Source of the DNA: Oscillospiraceae bacterium
GTDB taxonomy: Bacteria; Bacillota; Clostridia; Oscillospirales; CAG-272
Assembly: GCA_015063545.1 (NCBI GenBank)
Contig: SVTX01000006.1
Span: 1-62,187 of the forward strand
Length of the DNA: 62,187 bases
Direction of reading: 5' to 3'
This document shows positions 39,309-48,888 of this stretch, one piece after another. Every line of letters begins with the position of its first letter. The stretch's first letter is position 1. Both the position numbers and the translations under genes were made by a program. A model generated the notes under the pieces. That model worked only from the letters and a program-made list of their open reading frames with translations, was not told where the DNA came from and searched no databases.

Positions 39309-39450
39309 CCAAAACTAAAGGGAGAGACTGTGTCATCGTTTTACGGGACTTGAACTTTTACACAAAACTGTGTTTTGTGTGACGGTTTATCAAGTTACCC
39401 ATTTGTTGTACCAAAACTAAAGGGAGAGACACAGTCTCTCCCTTTAGTTT
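39309..39450. repeat. tRNA-Leu(GAG) trailer module with inverted repeats
   Basis: ccaaaactaaagggagagac occurs at 39309 and 39411 and inverted at 39434-39453; acgggacttgaac at 39343; hairpin at 39358-39382. Confidence 0.85.
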
Positions 39451-39534
39451 TGGTGCGAGAAACGGGACTTGAACCCGTACGGTGTAACCACACGCCCCTC
39501 AAACGTGCGCGTCTGCCAGTTCCGCCACTCTCGC
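39451..39534 (-). tRNA. tRNA-Leu(GAG)
   Basis: GCGAGAG..GGAACTGGCAGAC, anticodon arm CACGT-TTGAGGG-GCGTG, GGGTTCAAGTCCC, encoded CCA. Confidence 0.95.
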
Positions 39535-39567
39535 ATGAAACACTGTGTTGCTTTGGACAACACGGAT

Positions 39568-39596
39568 ATTATACATCACAAAGTTTGTTTTGTCAA
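39568..39596 (-). promoter_or_regulatory. sigma-A promoter of the tRNA-Leu pair
   Basis: TTGACA-17-TATAAT on the minus strand. Confidence 0.8.
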
Positions 39597-39720
39597 TAGC
39601 TTTTTGAAAAAAACTTTATATTTTTTTGAAAGTCTTTTGCTACTCAATATGTATTGTACGATTCTGATTTTTTGTATTGATCAGTGGGTTAAAGCTGTTA
39701 GACAAAAATTTTTTATATTA

Positions 39721-39749
39721 TTGACATACCTTTTTAAATACGATATAAT
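39721..39749 (+). promoter_or_regulatory. sigma-A promoter of the MFS gene
   Basis: TTGACA-17-TATAAT. Confidence 0.75.
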
Positions 39750-39785
39750 GAGAGCATGCTTTAGTCACTTTTTGTAGAGGAAATT

Positions 39786-41003
39786 ATGAAATTCAAGGAA
39801 AAATTCGCGTGTCTTTCTGACCGCAAGGTGAGCAGCTTTATTTATTTGCAGGTGTTTTTTAACGCCATGATCACCGTACTGAATATATTTGTCAACACCT
39901 TTCTGCTCAAGGCATATGGAAATACGTCAAATGAGGTTATGATATATAATCTTATCATGGCGATAACGCAACCGATAGCAATGTGTACGTCATTTTGGAT
40001 ATCCAGACGTGTAGGCTGTCTGCTCACGCAAAGAATAGGATTTGGCTTTTATGCGGTCGCTCTTATCCTTATGTGTATTTTTGGTGAGGAAATAGCATTT
40101 TTATATCCCTTACTCGGTATTCTCATAAGCTTTGGAGCGGGCTATTATTACGCGGTCTACAGCGTGCAGATGCTTCATTATACTAACGACGGAAACAGAG
40201 ATGCAATCTCGGGTGTGCTGACGGTGCTCGGCACGGTAATATCATTGATATTGCCTATCGTTTCAGGATATATTACGACTGTATTCAATGAATTTATCGG
40301 ATACAAAATAGTTTTCGGTCTGGTTGCGCTTATCGCCTTTGCGGCGTTGTTTACTACAACAAAGCTTCCAAAGATAGATACATGCCAAAACAATATCCGT
40401 TTTTTAAACGTATTTAAAACAATATGTAACAATAAAAACGGCAGAAATATAATGCTCGTCAATCTTCTTGATAACTTCAGAAGCTTTACCATAGGTATGT
40501 ATATAACCGTGGTGGTCTACCGCATTGTAAGCAACGAATTGTTGGTAAGCACGATAGCGGGAGTAGGAAGCATTCTGACGATTATCGGAGCTGTGCTGTA
40601 CGGTGTCGTGGTTTCCAAGAAAAATCGGGCAAAGTCTATACTGATAGCCACAATCTTCACTCTCGCCGCGTGCTGTTCGATGTGGTTTAAACTCAATATA
40701 TGGACTCTCGTAGCCTTTTTCCTGATGTATAGTTTTTTCAATATCTTTATAGCTATGCCCGTGTTAAACACACATTTCCACATAATAGAGCAGGATATGG
40801 GAATGAAGGACGCAGGGGCGGAGGTACATACCGTAAGGGAATTTTTTGTGGGTTTGGGAAGAATACTCGGTATTTTGATGATCTTTATAGCTCCGCAGAA
40901 TGATTTTGGCACGGCACTTGTGTTTGCCGTACTCGTCGCGTCTGCGCTCATAAGCGCTATTCTAATAAAAAGAATCAATAGTACGAGTGGCAAAACCTTT
41001 TAG
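39786..41003 (+). CDS. MFS transporter
   Basis: About 12 hydrophobic segments in two halves; 405 aa. Confidence 0.8.
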   Translation: MKFKEKFACLSDRKVSSFIYLQVFFNAMITVLNIFVNTFLLKAYGNTSNEVMIYNLIMAITQPIAMCTSFWISRRVGCLLTQRIGFGFYAVALILMCIFGEEIAFLYPLLGILISFGAGYYYAVYSVQMLHYTNDGNRDAISGVLTVLGTVISLILPIVSGYITTVFNEFIGYKIVFGLVALIAFAALFTTTKLPKIDTCQNNIRFLNVFKTICNNKNGRNIMLVNLLDNFRSFTIGMYITVVVYRIVSNELLVSTIAGVGSILTIIGAVLYGVVVSKKNRAKSILIATIFTLAACCSMWFKLNIWTLVAFFLMYSFFNIFIAMPVLNTHFHIIEQDMGMKDAGAEVHTVREFFVGLGRILGILMIFIAPQNDFGTALVFAVLVASALISAILIKRINSTSGKTF

Positions 41004-41099
41004 AACAATTGAAAAATATCCCCAATTTAATATTGAAAATTAAACGGTGTTATGGTATAATAAAGCTATAACACCGTTCTTTATAAAGGATGTAGAAAA

Positions 41100-41726
41100 A
41101 TGAAAAACGTATTACTTATAGGTGACTCGGTGCGTCTTGGATATCAGTCGCGCGTGGCAGAGCTACTCGGAGAGGACGTGAAAGTTTATGCTCCCGAAGA
41201 AAATTGCAGATATACCAAGTATGCACTTTGGGGAATGTATACCTACATGGAAATGTGGGGACACCCGAAATTCGACGTGATACATTGGAACACGGGTGCG
41301 TGGGATCTTCACCGTTGTACAGCGGACGGGGAAATATTCACCCCTCTTGACGAATATCTTGCGGTAAACCGCCGCCTTGCTATACAAATGGAGAGTTACT
41401 GCGACAAGCTTATATGGGCAACTATAACTCCGGGCAATAAAAAGCTTGATGAGCAGAAGGCAATAAATTCACTTATTAACACAAATTCTGAGTTTACAAA
41501 GGTTTTTTTATGTGATACAATGGAGAAGTGGAATGCCGATGTTATGCGTTATAACGAGGCTAATTCCGAGCAGCTTGTTGCGCGTGGAATTAAAATAAAT
41601 GATTTGTGTTCGCTAATGCTTCGAGATACGGACAGGTATATTTCGGAAGACGGTATACATCCTTCACAGGAGGGGTACGAGTTGCTTGCCCGGCAGGTAG
41701 CTGAGCAGATTGGGGCATTGCTGTGA
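41100..41726 (+). CDS. SGNH/GDSL hydrolase
   Basis: LIGDS, N.G.WD, DGIH. Confidence 0.85.
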   Translation: MKNVLLIGDSVRLGYQSRVAELLGEDVKVYAPEENCRYTKYALWGMYTYMEMWGHPKFDVIHWNTGAWDLHRCTADGEIFTPLDEYLAVNRRLAIQMESYCDKLIWATITPGNKKLDEQKAINSLINTNSEFTKVFLCDTMEKWNADVMRYNEANSEQLVARGIKINDLCSLMLRDTDRYISEDGIHPSQEGYELLARQVAEQIGALL

Positions 41727-41739
41727 TCGGAGGAACAAT

Positions 41740-42219
41740 ATGACAGTAAGAAAAGCAACAAGGGATGATCTTGATAGAGTGAACAGCCTTTTGGAGCAAG
41801 TGCTTGAAGTCCATGCAGATGGCCGTCCCGACATATTTAAGCATGGTACCAAAAAATACAGTGACAGCGAGCTGTTTGAATTTTTTGAAAATGATCTTAC
41901 GCCGGTTTTTGTCGCAGAAAACGAGAGAGGATTTGTCTGCGGATACGTTTTTTGTATTGTCAGGACAACAGAAAATAACTCTATACTAAAAGACAGACGC
42001 GAGCTTTACATCGACGATCTTTGTGTGGATGAAAGCTGTCGAGGACAGGGAATAGGGCGTCGTCTCTTTGAGTACGTCGAAGAATACGTGCAAACAAATA
42101 ATTTTGATTCGATAACACTGAATGTATGGAGTCTTAACGCATCAGCTATACGTTTTTATGAAAAATGTGGCTTTTCTCCGTTAAAGATAACAATGGAGAA
42201 GTCGTACGACAAGGATTGA
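41740..42219 (+). CDS. GNAT N-acetyltransferase
   Basis: YIDDLCVD...RGQGIG, N..A..FYEKCGF. ATG follows GGAGG. Confidence 0.9.
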   Translation: MTVRKATRDDLDRVNSLLEQVLEVHADGRPDIFKHGTKKYSDSELFEFFENDLTPVFVAENERGFVCGYVFCIVRTTENNSILKDRRELYIDDLCVDESCRGQGIGRRLFEYVEEYVQTNNFDSITLNVWSLNASAIRFYEKCGFSPLKITMEKSYDKD

Positions 42220-42332
42220 TCCTACGGATTCTTGAATGAAGTTTTAAAAAAAGTAAGTTTAATCTATTGCAAACGTTAAAGCTTTATGCTAAAATTATAG
42301 TGTTCAAAACCAAACGAAAGGCAGAATTTCAA

Positions 42333-43316
42333 ATGAGCATTAGAATAGGAATTTTCGGATACGGAAATCTTGGAAGAGGTGTAGAATGTGCCGTATCTCA
42401 AAACAGTGATATGGAGGTTGTGGGTGTATTTACCCGCCGCGCTCCCGAAACCGTCAAGACTGTAAAGAACTCGCCCGTATATCACGTTGATAAAATAGGC
42501 GAGATGACAAAGGATATAGACGTTATGATAATTTGCGGGGGAAGTGCTACGGATCTTCCGGTGCAGACACCGATGATTGCAAGCATTTTTAACTGTGTTG
42601 ACAGCTTTGACACTCACGCAAAGATCCCCGAACATTTTGAAAAGGTTGACAATGTAGCAAAGCAATCGGGCAAGATCGCTATGATATCCGTAGGTTGGGA
42701 TCCCGGTATGTTTTCTCTTAATCGCTTACTCGGTGGCGCTATACTTTCTGACGGAAAGGATTATACGTTCTGGGGCAAGGGAGTAAGTCAGGGACATTCG
42801 GATGCTATAAGACGAATTGACGGAGTGCTTGACGGCAAGCAATATACCATTCCCGTAGAGGCAGCTCTTGAAGCTGTAAGAAGTGGCGCGAATCCCGATC
42901 TTACCACACGTCAAAAGCATATCAGAGAGTGCTTTGTGGTTGCAAAAGAGGGCGCGGATAAGGCAAAGATTGAGGCAGAAATAAAAAACATGCCTAACTA
43001 TTTTGCCGACTACGACACAACGGTGCATTTTATCACAAAAGAAGAGCTTGACAGAGATCATTCGGGGATTCCTCACGGAGGATTTGTTATCCGCAGCGGA
43101 AGAACGGGAGCTCATCTTGAGCATAGTCACATTATAGAGTACAGCCTCAAGCTTGACTCAAACCCCGAATTCACTGCGTCCGTACTTGTTGCTTATGCGA
43201 GAGCCGCGTATAGAATGAACATCGAAGGCCAGTGCGGCTGTAAGACCGTGCTCGATGTTCCACCTGCATATCTCAGCGCAAAGTCGGGTGAGGAGCTTAG
43301 ACGGGAATTGCTTTAA
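42333..43316 (+). CDS. ddh: meso-diaminopimelate D-dehydrogenase
   Basis: GYGNLG, CGGSATD, DSFDTH, GWDPG, SQGHSDA, PHGG, SNPEFT. Confidence 0.94.
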   Translation: MSIRIGIFGYGNLGRGVECAVSQNSDMEVVGVFTRRAPETVKTVKNSPVYHVDKIGEMTKDIDVMIICGGSATDLPVQTPMIASIFNCVDSFDTHAKIPEHFEKVDNVAKQSGKIAMISVGWDPGMFSLNRLLGGAILSDGKDYTFWGKGVSQGHSDAIRRIDGVLDGKQYTIPVEAALEAVRSGANPDLTTRQKHIRECFVVAKEGADKAKIEAEIKNMPNYFADYDTTVHFITKEELDRDHSGIPHGGFVIRSGRTGAHLEHSHIIEYSLKLDSNPEFTASVLVAYARAAYRMNIEGQCGCKTVLDVPPAYLSAKSGEELRRELL

Positions 43317-43353
43317 AAATATGATGGAAATATAACGATAGGAAAGAAAAAAC

Positions 43354-45015
43354 ATGAAAAAAATAATTGTATTTGTATTGGTATTATGCTTGTGTGCATG
43401 CGCATTTATTGCCTGCGATAGCGCGGATGAAAAAAAAGAAAATAATTCTCAGTCGGGCATTCAGGATACTCCCGACAAATATCATAGCTTTAAATCTGAA
43501 AGTGACGCTGAGGTCGAGGGAACATATTTTGATGCTTCCACTACAAATCAAGGCGTTGCGATAGATATGAACAAGGTCAAGACACAGATAGGCGCATATG
43601 ATTACGCAGATTTCGTCAAGACCAACGACGTAACGGACTTTGTAGTTATCAGAGTTACGGGATACGGCGACATCGTAGTCGCGCTTCGTCCCGATGTTGC
43701 TCCCACAACTGCACAAAACTTTAAAAAACTCGTATCTGAGAAATTTTTCAACAACCTTGTTTTTCATAGAGTATATAAGGGCTTTATGATTCAGGGAGGT
43801 GGTATGTATGCTGACGGAAGTGAAAAGGATGCCTCGTCTATAGTCGGTGAATTTACAAGCAACGGATTCACAAACAACCTCACTCACGAGGCGGGAGTTA
43901 TCTCTATGGCGCGTACAACAGTGCCCAATTCTGCATCTTCACAGTTCTTTATAATGCATTCATACACGCAGAGTCTTGACGGGTCTTATGCAGCATTTGG
44001 ATACGTTCTTGCAGGTATGGGTGTTGTAAATGAGATAGCCAATTGTAAGGTACAGGCATCTGCAATGATGAACGGAGAAGTGTCCGATCCCGTTGAAGAT
44101 ATTATCATAAAGGAATCATTCTTTGTAAAACCCGTAAAGGGAACAGGAGTAGGCTCTGAGAAGTCATATGCTCCCTGCGCGCATAAATACGGAGAATGGG
44201 CACAGACAAAGGCGGCAAGCTGTTCTGCTTTTGGTGAAGAAAAGAGAATTTGCAGCGAATGTTCAAACGAGGAGAGCAGAAAGCTCTCCAAGCTCCCCCA
44301 TAGCTACATAGACGGCTTTTGTGCTTGCGGAGCGTATAATTTTGAGGTAGATGCTGCTATCGAAGGTGTTAGCTTTGATACCGCGACTACCGGTTCGGGC
44401 ACCGAAATAGACATGGAGAAGGTCAAGGAACAGATAGGTGCGTATGAGTATACCGATTTTGTAAAAAATGAAGGTCCTACCGATTTCGTTGTTATAAAAG
44501 TCAAGGATTACGGCGATATAGTTATCGCGCTCAGAAGTGACGTTGCACCTATAACCGCTGATAACTTCAAACAACTTGTTTCTCAAGGCTTTTACAAGAA
44601 CTATATATTCCACAGAGTTATTAAAGATTTCATGATACAGGGCGGCGGAATCAAGGCAAACGGAACGTCTCAGACGACGGATGCTATTTCCGGTGAATTC
44701 ACAAGCAACGGATTCCTCAATACCCTTACTCATGAGGCGGGAGTTATCTCCATGGCTCGTACGAACGAGCCCGACTCTGCATCATCTCAGTTCTTCATCA
44801 TGCACGGAAAAGCAGAACATCTTGACGGGGACTACGCCGCATTTGGTTACGTGGTTGCAGGAATGGACGTTGTGGATGCTATCGCAAAGTGTGAGGTTGA
44901 TAACCCGTTATCCAGTTTCCCCATGCCCATTGATAAGGTTGAAATCGAGGATGTGTTCTTTGTTTCTCCTATAGCAGATACGGGGCTTGCGGCGGAAATT
45001 GTTGTAACCGAATAA
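43354..45015 (+). CDS. Lipoprotein with two tandem cyclophilin-type PPIase domains
   Basis: Lipobox-like AFIAC; FHRV..FMIQGG, H..G.ISMAR and SASSQFFI each occur twice. Confidence 0.9.
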   Translation: MKKIIVFVLVLCLCACAFIACDSADEKKENNSQSGIQDTPDKYHSFKSESDAEVEGTYFDASTTNQGVAIDMNKVKTQIGAYDYADFVKTNDVTDFVVIRVTGYGDIVVALRPDVAPTTAQNFKKLVSEKFFNNLVFHRVYKGFMIQGGGMYADGSEKDASSIVGEFTSNGFTNNLTHEAGVISMARTTVPNSASSQFFIMHSYTQSLDGSYAAFGYVLAGMGVVNEIANCKVQASAMMNGEVSDPVEDIIIKESFFVKPVKGTGVGSEKSYAPCAHKYGEWAQTKAASCSAFGEEKRICSECSNEESRKLSKLPHSYIDGFCACGAYNFEVDAAIEGVSFDTATTGSGTEIDMEKVKEQIGAYEYTDFVKNEGPTDFVVIKVKDYGDIVIALRSDVAPITADNFKQLVSQGFYKNYIFHRVIKDFMIQGGGIKANGTSQTTDAISGEFTSNGFLNTLTHEAGVISMARTNEPDSASSQFFIMHGKAEHLDGDYAAFGYVVAGMDVVDAIAKCEVDNPLSSFPMPIDKVEIEDVFFVSPIADTGLAAEIVVTE

Positions 45016-45018
45016 AAC

Positions 45019-45055
45019 AATAAAAAGGTTGTTGCATCGCAACAACCTTTTTATT
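45019..45055. terminator. Bidirectional terminator between the PPIase gene and radA
   Basis: aataaaaaggttgttgc-atc-gcaacaacctttttatt. Confidence 0.8.
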
Positions 45056-46441
45056 TTATTCAACGGATTTAAGGACTTTGATGGCCTCATATATGCTATG
45101 GATAGGAATAAGTTCAATATCCGTATCTATCTTTCGCTTTTCAATATTTTTGTAGGGAACAATAGCTTTTGTAAATCCAAGTCTTGCCGCTTCTTTTACA
45201 CGCTGTTCGAGATTTGATACGGCGCGGCACTCACCCGAAAGACCAAGCTCGCCAATGGCGATAAGATCGTCGGGAATGGCTTTATCCGTGAGAGAGGATA
45301 TCATAGCGAGTGCTATGGCTGCGTCCGACGCAGGCTCGTCAATATGAAGGCCTCCTATTACATTCAGATATACGTCGTTTTGATAGAATTTTAAGCCTAA
45401 ACGCTTTTCAAGTACGGCAATAATGAGACACGCGCGATTGTAGTCAATTCCGTTTGACGTACGACGCGGCGCGGGGAATGACGTAGGAGACACAAGAGCC
45501 TGTATTTCGGCTATAAGTGGGCGTGTTCCTTCTATTGTACACACGGCACAGTTGCCGGGGGTATTTTTAGGTCTGCCGGACAAAAGCATCTCCGACGGGT
45601 TTTCAACCTCGATAAGCCCCTTGTCTCCCATTTCGAAAACGCCAATTTCATTTGTTGATCCGAATCTGTTCTTGTTTGCTCTTATAATCCTGTATGACTG
45701 AAGCTTTTCTCCCTCAAAGCAAAGAACCGCATCTACCATGTGCTCAAGCACCTTGGGCCCTGCAATCCCGCCTTCCTTGTTAACATGACCGACAAGGAGC
45801 ATGGATATACCCTCGGATTTGGCTTTCGTTATGAACGACAATGCGCACTCGCGCACCTGCGTGATGCTTCCGGGCGCGGATTTTATCTGCTCATCATAGA
45901 TTGTCTGTATGGAGTCGATTATGATAACGTCGGGTTTTATTTTATCGGATTGTTTGATGATATCGTCAATATTTGTCTCTGTAAGAATATAGAGATTTTC
46001 TCCCATAACGCCAAGTCTTTTTGCGCGGAGCTTGAGCTGACCGCCGGATTCCTCACCCGATACGTACAAAACCTTACGGCTTTTGCCAAGACAGTCTGAT
46101 ATCTGCATGAGCAAAGTAGATTTTCCTATACCCGGCTCGCCCGAAATAAGTACGACAGAGCCATGGACAAGGCCTCCGCCAAGAACGCGGTCAAGCTCTG
46201 AAAGTCCTGTGCCCGATCTTATGTATGATGGAATGTCCAGCTCATTATACGAGATAGCAGTATTATTTGTGCCAATGCTTGATATAGCGCGGCGATTTGC
46301 TTTTGCGCTTGACTCGGGCGCTGTATTGATTACATCCTCGACCATAGTGTTCCATGAGTTGCAGGATGGGCATTTTCCCATCCATTTGGGTGTTTGGTAG
46401 CCGCATTCGGAACATATATATATTGTCTTTAGTCCTTTCAT
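45056..46441 (-). CDS. radA: DNA repair protein RadA/Sms
   Basis: C4 zinc finger, GEPGIGKS, KNRFG, C-terminal Lon-like domain. Confidence 0.96.
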   Translation of the reverse strand: MKGLKTIYICSECGYQTPKWMGKCPSCNSWNTMVEDVINTAPESSAKANRRAISSIGTNNTAISYNELDIPSYIRSGTGLSELDRVLGGGLVHGSVVLISGEPGIGKSTLLMQISDCLGKSRKVLYVSGEESGGQLKLRAKRLGVMGENLYILTETNIDDIIKQSDKIKPDVIIIDSIQTIYDEQIKSAPGSITQVRECALSFITKAKSEGISMLLVGHVNKEGGIAGPKVLEHMVDAVLCFEGEKLQSYRIIRANKNRFGSTNEIGVFEMGDKGLIEVENPSEMLLSGRPKNTPGNCAVCTIEGTRPLIAEIQALVSPTSFPAPRRTSNGIDYNRACLIIAVLEKRLGLKFYQNDVYLNVIGGLHIDEPASDAAIALAMISSLTDKAIPDDLIAIGELGLSGECRAVSNLEQRVKEAARLGFTKAIVPYKNIEKRKIDTDIELIPIHSIYEAIKVLKSVE

Positions 46442-46533
46442 GTCAGATCCTTCCGCCTTTGTTATTCTTACATTTAAGTATAACATACCTATAAATAATT
46501 TTCAACATCAAATCAATAAATTTTTTTGCGGTA

Positions 46534-46562
46534 TCATAAATCTGACAGACTGTCCATATAAT
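46534..46562 (+). promoter_or_regulatory. sigma-E-like promoter of spoIVA
   Basis: TCATAAA...CATATAAT (ATA-16-CATA); spoIVA is sigma-E controlled in characterised sporeformers. Confidence 0.6.
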
Positions 46563-46600
46563 TTAGCGATAGTATATCAAGGAAAGGTGCGGTATAAAAT

Positions 46601-48079
46601 ATGACGGAACACTCCATTTATGAGGATATATCTCAAAGAACTAACGGAGATATCTACATTGGCGTTGTAGGGCCGGTTAGAACCGGCAAGTCCACGTTTA
46701 TCAAAAGATTTATGGAATCTCTTGTTCTTCCGAATATTACGGAAGGGTATTCACGAGAAAGAGCGAGGGATGAGATGCCGCAATCTGCGGCGGGAAAAAC
46801 GGTTATGACAACGGAACCCAAGTTCATTCCGGACGAGGCGGTGACGATAACTCTTGACGGTTGCTCTAATTTGAATGTTAAAATGATTGACTGCGTGGGT
46901 TATGTCGTACCCGAAGCGCTCGGCACTATTGAGGACGGTCAGCCGAGAATGGTGAGAACACCGTGGCGTGACGAGCCTATGCCGTTTGTTGAGGCGGCGG
47001 AGCTTGGAACGCATAAGGTTATAACCGAGCATGCGACAATAGGAATGCTCATAACTACAGACGGCACGATAGGCGACATTTCAAGGGAAAGCTATGTTGA
47101 GGCAGAGGAGAGAATTGTCAGAGAGCTTCGCGAGATGGGGAAACCGTTTGCTCTTATTTTGAATTCTGCTAAGCCTACAAGTGATCAGGCAATAGCTCTT
47201 GCGTACGAGTTGGAGGCTAAATACGAAGCTCCGGTCGCGCTTGTTTCCTGTATGGATCTTGATGCTGAGGATATACGTCATATACTGGAGCTTGTGCTTC
47301 ATGAATTTCCTGCCAACGAGATAAGCATATCTATGCCCGAATGGACTACGGCATTGGAGCCTGATCACAGAATAAGACAGTCTCTTATGACAAGCATACA
47401 TAAATGCGCCTCTCGTGTACACAAGGTGGGGGATATCAAAGAAGCATTTTCCGATCTGTGCAATAATGAATACATAAAGAGCGCAGATCTTGAGGAGATA
47501 AACCTTGGCAACGGTTGTGCGCGCGTATCTGTGAAGATGGCAGACGGTTTGTATTTTGATATTATAAGTGAACTTACGGGATTTGATATAGACGGAGAAC
47601 AATCGCTTATCAAGCTGTTAAAAGAGCTCTCACAAATGAAGGACAGATACGACAGAGTAGCTGCAGCACTTGACGAAGCGGAAGAGAAGGGCTACGGAAT
47701 AGTTATGCCCAACATATCAGACCTAAAGCTTGCCGAGCCCGAGATAGTAAAGCAATCGGGCGGTTATGGCGTACGACTTAAAGCGTCGGCGCAATCTATA
47801 CACATGATACGCGCAAACATCGAGACCGAGATAAATCCCATAGTAGGTACGGAACAGCAGTCCGAGGATCTTGTTAAATACATGCTCCGAGAGTTTGAGG
47901 AAGAGCCCACAAAGATATGGCAATCCAATATGTTTGGAAAAACTCTTTATGAGCTTGTGGGAGAGGGACTGCATACGAAGCTTGAGCACATGCCCGAGGC
48001 ATCCCGCAAAAAGCTTTCCGAAACGCTCGAACGTATTATCAACGAGGGTAGCGGCGGACTTATTTGTATTATACTTTGA
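46601..48079 (+). CDS. spoIVA: Stage IV sporulation protein A
   Basis: IYIGVVGPVRTGKSTFIKRF, TTEPKF, C-terminal GGLICIIL; 492 aa. Confidence 0.97.
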   Translation: MTEHSIYEDISQRTNGDIYIGVVGPVRTGKSTFIKRFMESLVLPNITEGYSRERARDEMPQSAAGKTVMTTEPKFIPDEAVTITLDGCSNLNVKMIDCVGYVVPEALGTIEDGQPRMVRTPWRDEPMPFVEAAELGTHKVITEHATIGMLITTDGTIGDISRESYVEAEERIVRELREMGKPFALILNSAKPTSDQAIALAYELEAKYEAPVALVSCMDLDAEDIRHILELVLHEFPANEISISMPEWTTALEPDHRIRQSLMTSIHKCASRVHKVGDIKEAFSDLCNNEYIKSADLEEINLGNGCARVSVKMADGLYFDIISELTGFDIDGEQSLIKLLKELSQMKDRYDRVAAALDEAEEKGYGIVMPNISDLKLAEPEIVKQSGGYGVRLKASAQSIHMIRANIETEINPIVGTEQQSEDLVKYMLREFEEEPTKIWQSNMFGKTLYELVGEGLHTKLEHMPEASRKKLSETLERIINEGSGGLICIIL

Positions 48080-48131
48080 TAATAAAGAAACTCAACCGAT
48101 GAGGTTGGGTTTCTTTGTTGTAAGACGCAAA

Positions 48132-48159
48132 CCACCGAAAGGATTTATCCTTTCGGTGG
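48132..48159. repeat. Palindrome copy 1 (terminator-like)
   Basis: ccaccgaaaggat-tt-atcctttcggtgg. Confidence 0.75.
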
Positions 48160-48180
48160 AGAATATCAGTATTTTTTGCC

Positions 48181-48717
48181 TTATGTAATTAGTTTGAAGT
48201 TTTTCTTGCTATATACATATCCTATCTTTCCATTTTTGTATAAAACAACGTAAAATTCATCACCTTGCAAAACAGAGTCGTTAAAGTCATCTTTATTTGT
48301 AAAACAATATTCGCTCCAATCATATAGTTTGTCAGGAACTTCCCATTCACCTGATTCAAACCTCACGCAAAGAACCTTACGGAAATCAAAAAAATGTCGA
48401 ATTCGCGGATGATACTTGTTTTTGGAATATTTCTCAATCAATTCTTGGCTCAAGATTGTAAATTCCATATTGGCTATCCTACGTTTGTTACATTGATAAC
48501 AACAAAACTGAAAGATAATATGCGGCACGGGAATACACCAAACCAACAGTCCCAATATAAATGTTTTTGTCAACGCCCAAACAAGCACAGCAAAAAGCAT
48601 AAACAATATAATAAAATTCATAAACAGATTGAAATGATATGCAAAACTGTTTTTATTGATCTTTTTCAAGTCATTACATATGACCTTATGCATTAAAAGT
48701 TCTTTTTGCATTAACAT
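48181..48717 (-). CDS. Hypothetical 2-TM membrane protein, paralogue of 48889..49452
   Basis: Two TM helices, C-terminal GDEFYVV...YSKK; own promoter at 48743-48771. Start may be 48711. Confidence 0.7.
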   Translation of the reverse strand: MLMQKELLMHKVICNDLKKINKNSFAYHFNLFMNFIILFMLFAVLVWALTKTFILGLLVWCIPVPHIIFQFCCYQCNKRRIANMEFTILSQELIEKYSKNKYHPRIRHFFDFRKVLCVRFESGEWEVPDKLYDWSEYCFTNKDDFNDSVLQGDEFYVVLYKNGKIGYVYSKKNFKLIT

Positions 48718-48856
48718 CCCCTCCGAACATCACTATATTTTCATTATATCATAGAAAAAATATAATGTCAACTCTACTAATTACCATACGATAACATCAC
48801 CTAATATAGCTCGTCTAAATTCCATGCACCACATTTATATAACTCACCTAGAAAAA

Positions 48857-48884
48857 ACACCGAAAGGATAAATCCTTTCGGTGT
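48857..48884. repeat. Palindrome copy 2 (terminator-like)
   Basis: acaccgaaaggat-aa-atcctttcggtgt. Confidence 0.75.
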
Positions 48885-48888
48885 GAAA

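Noticed and set aside
38928-39450. attL/attR of an element integrated at tRNA-Leu, or extra tRNA genes
   Set aside because: The 3'-end copies are inverted rather than direct, there is no integrase or cargo, and the units lack D and anticodon arms.
38921-39777. Short ORFs 38921..39112, 38932..39120, 38994..39206, 39375..39599, 39469..39777
   Set aside because: Translations of the repeat array and tRNA antisense strands; no recognisable product.
42220-42332. Lysine riboswitch before ddh (or T-box before thrC)
   Set aside because: The intergenic regions are too short and show no recognisable motifs.
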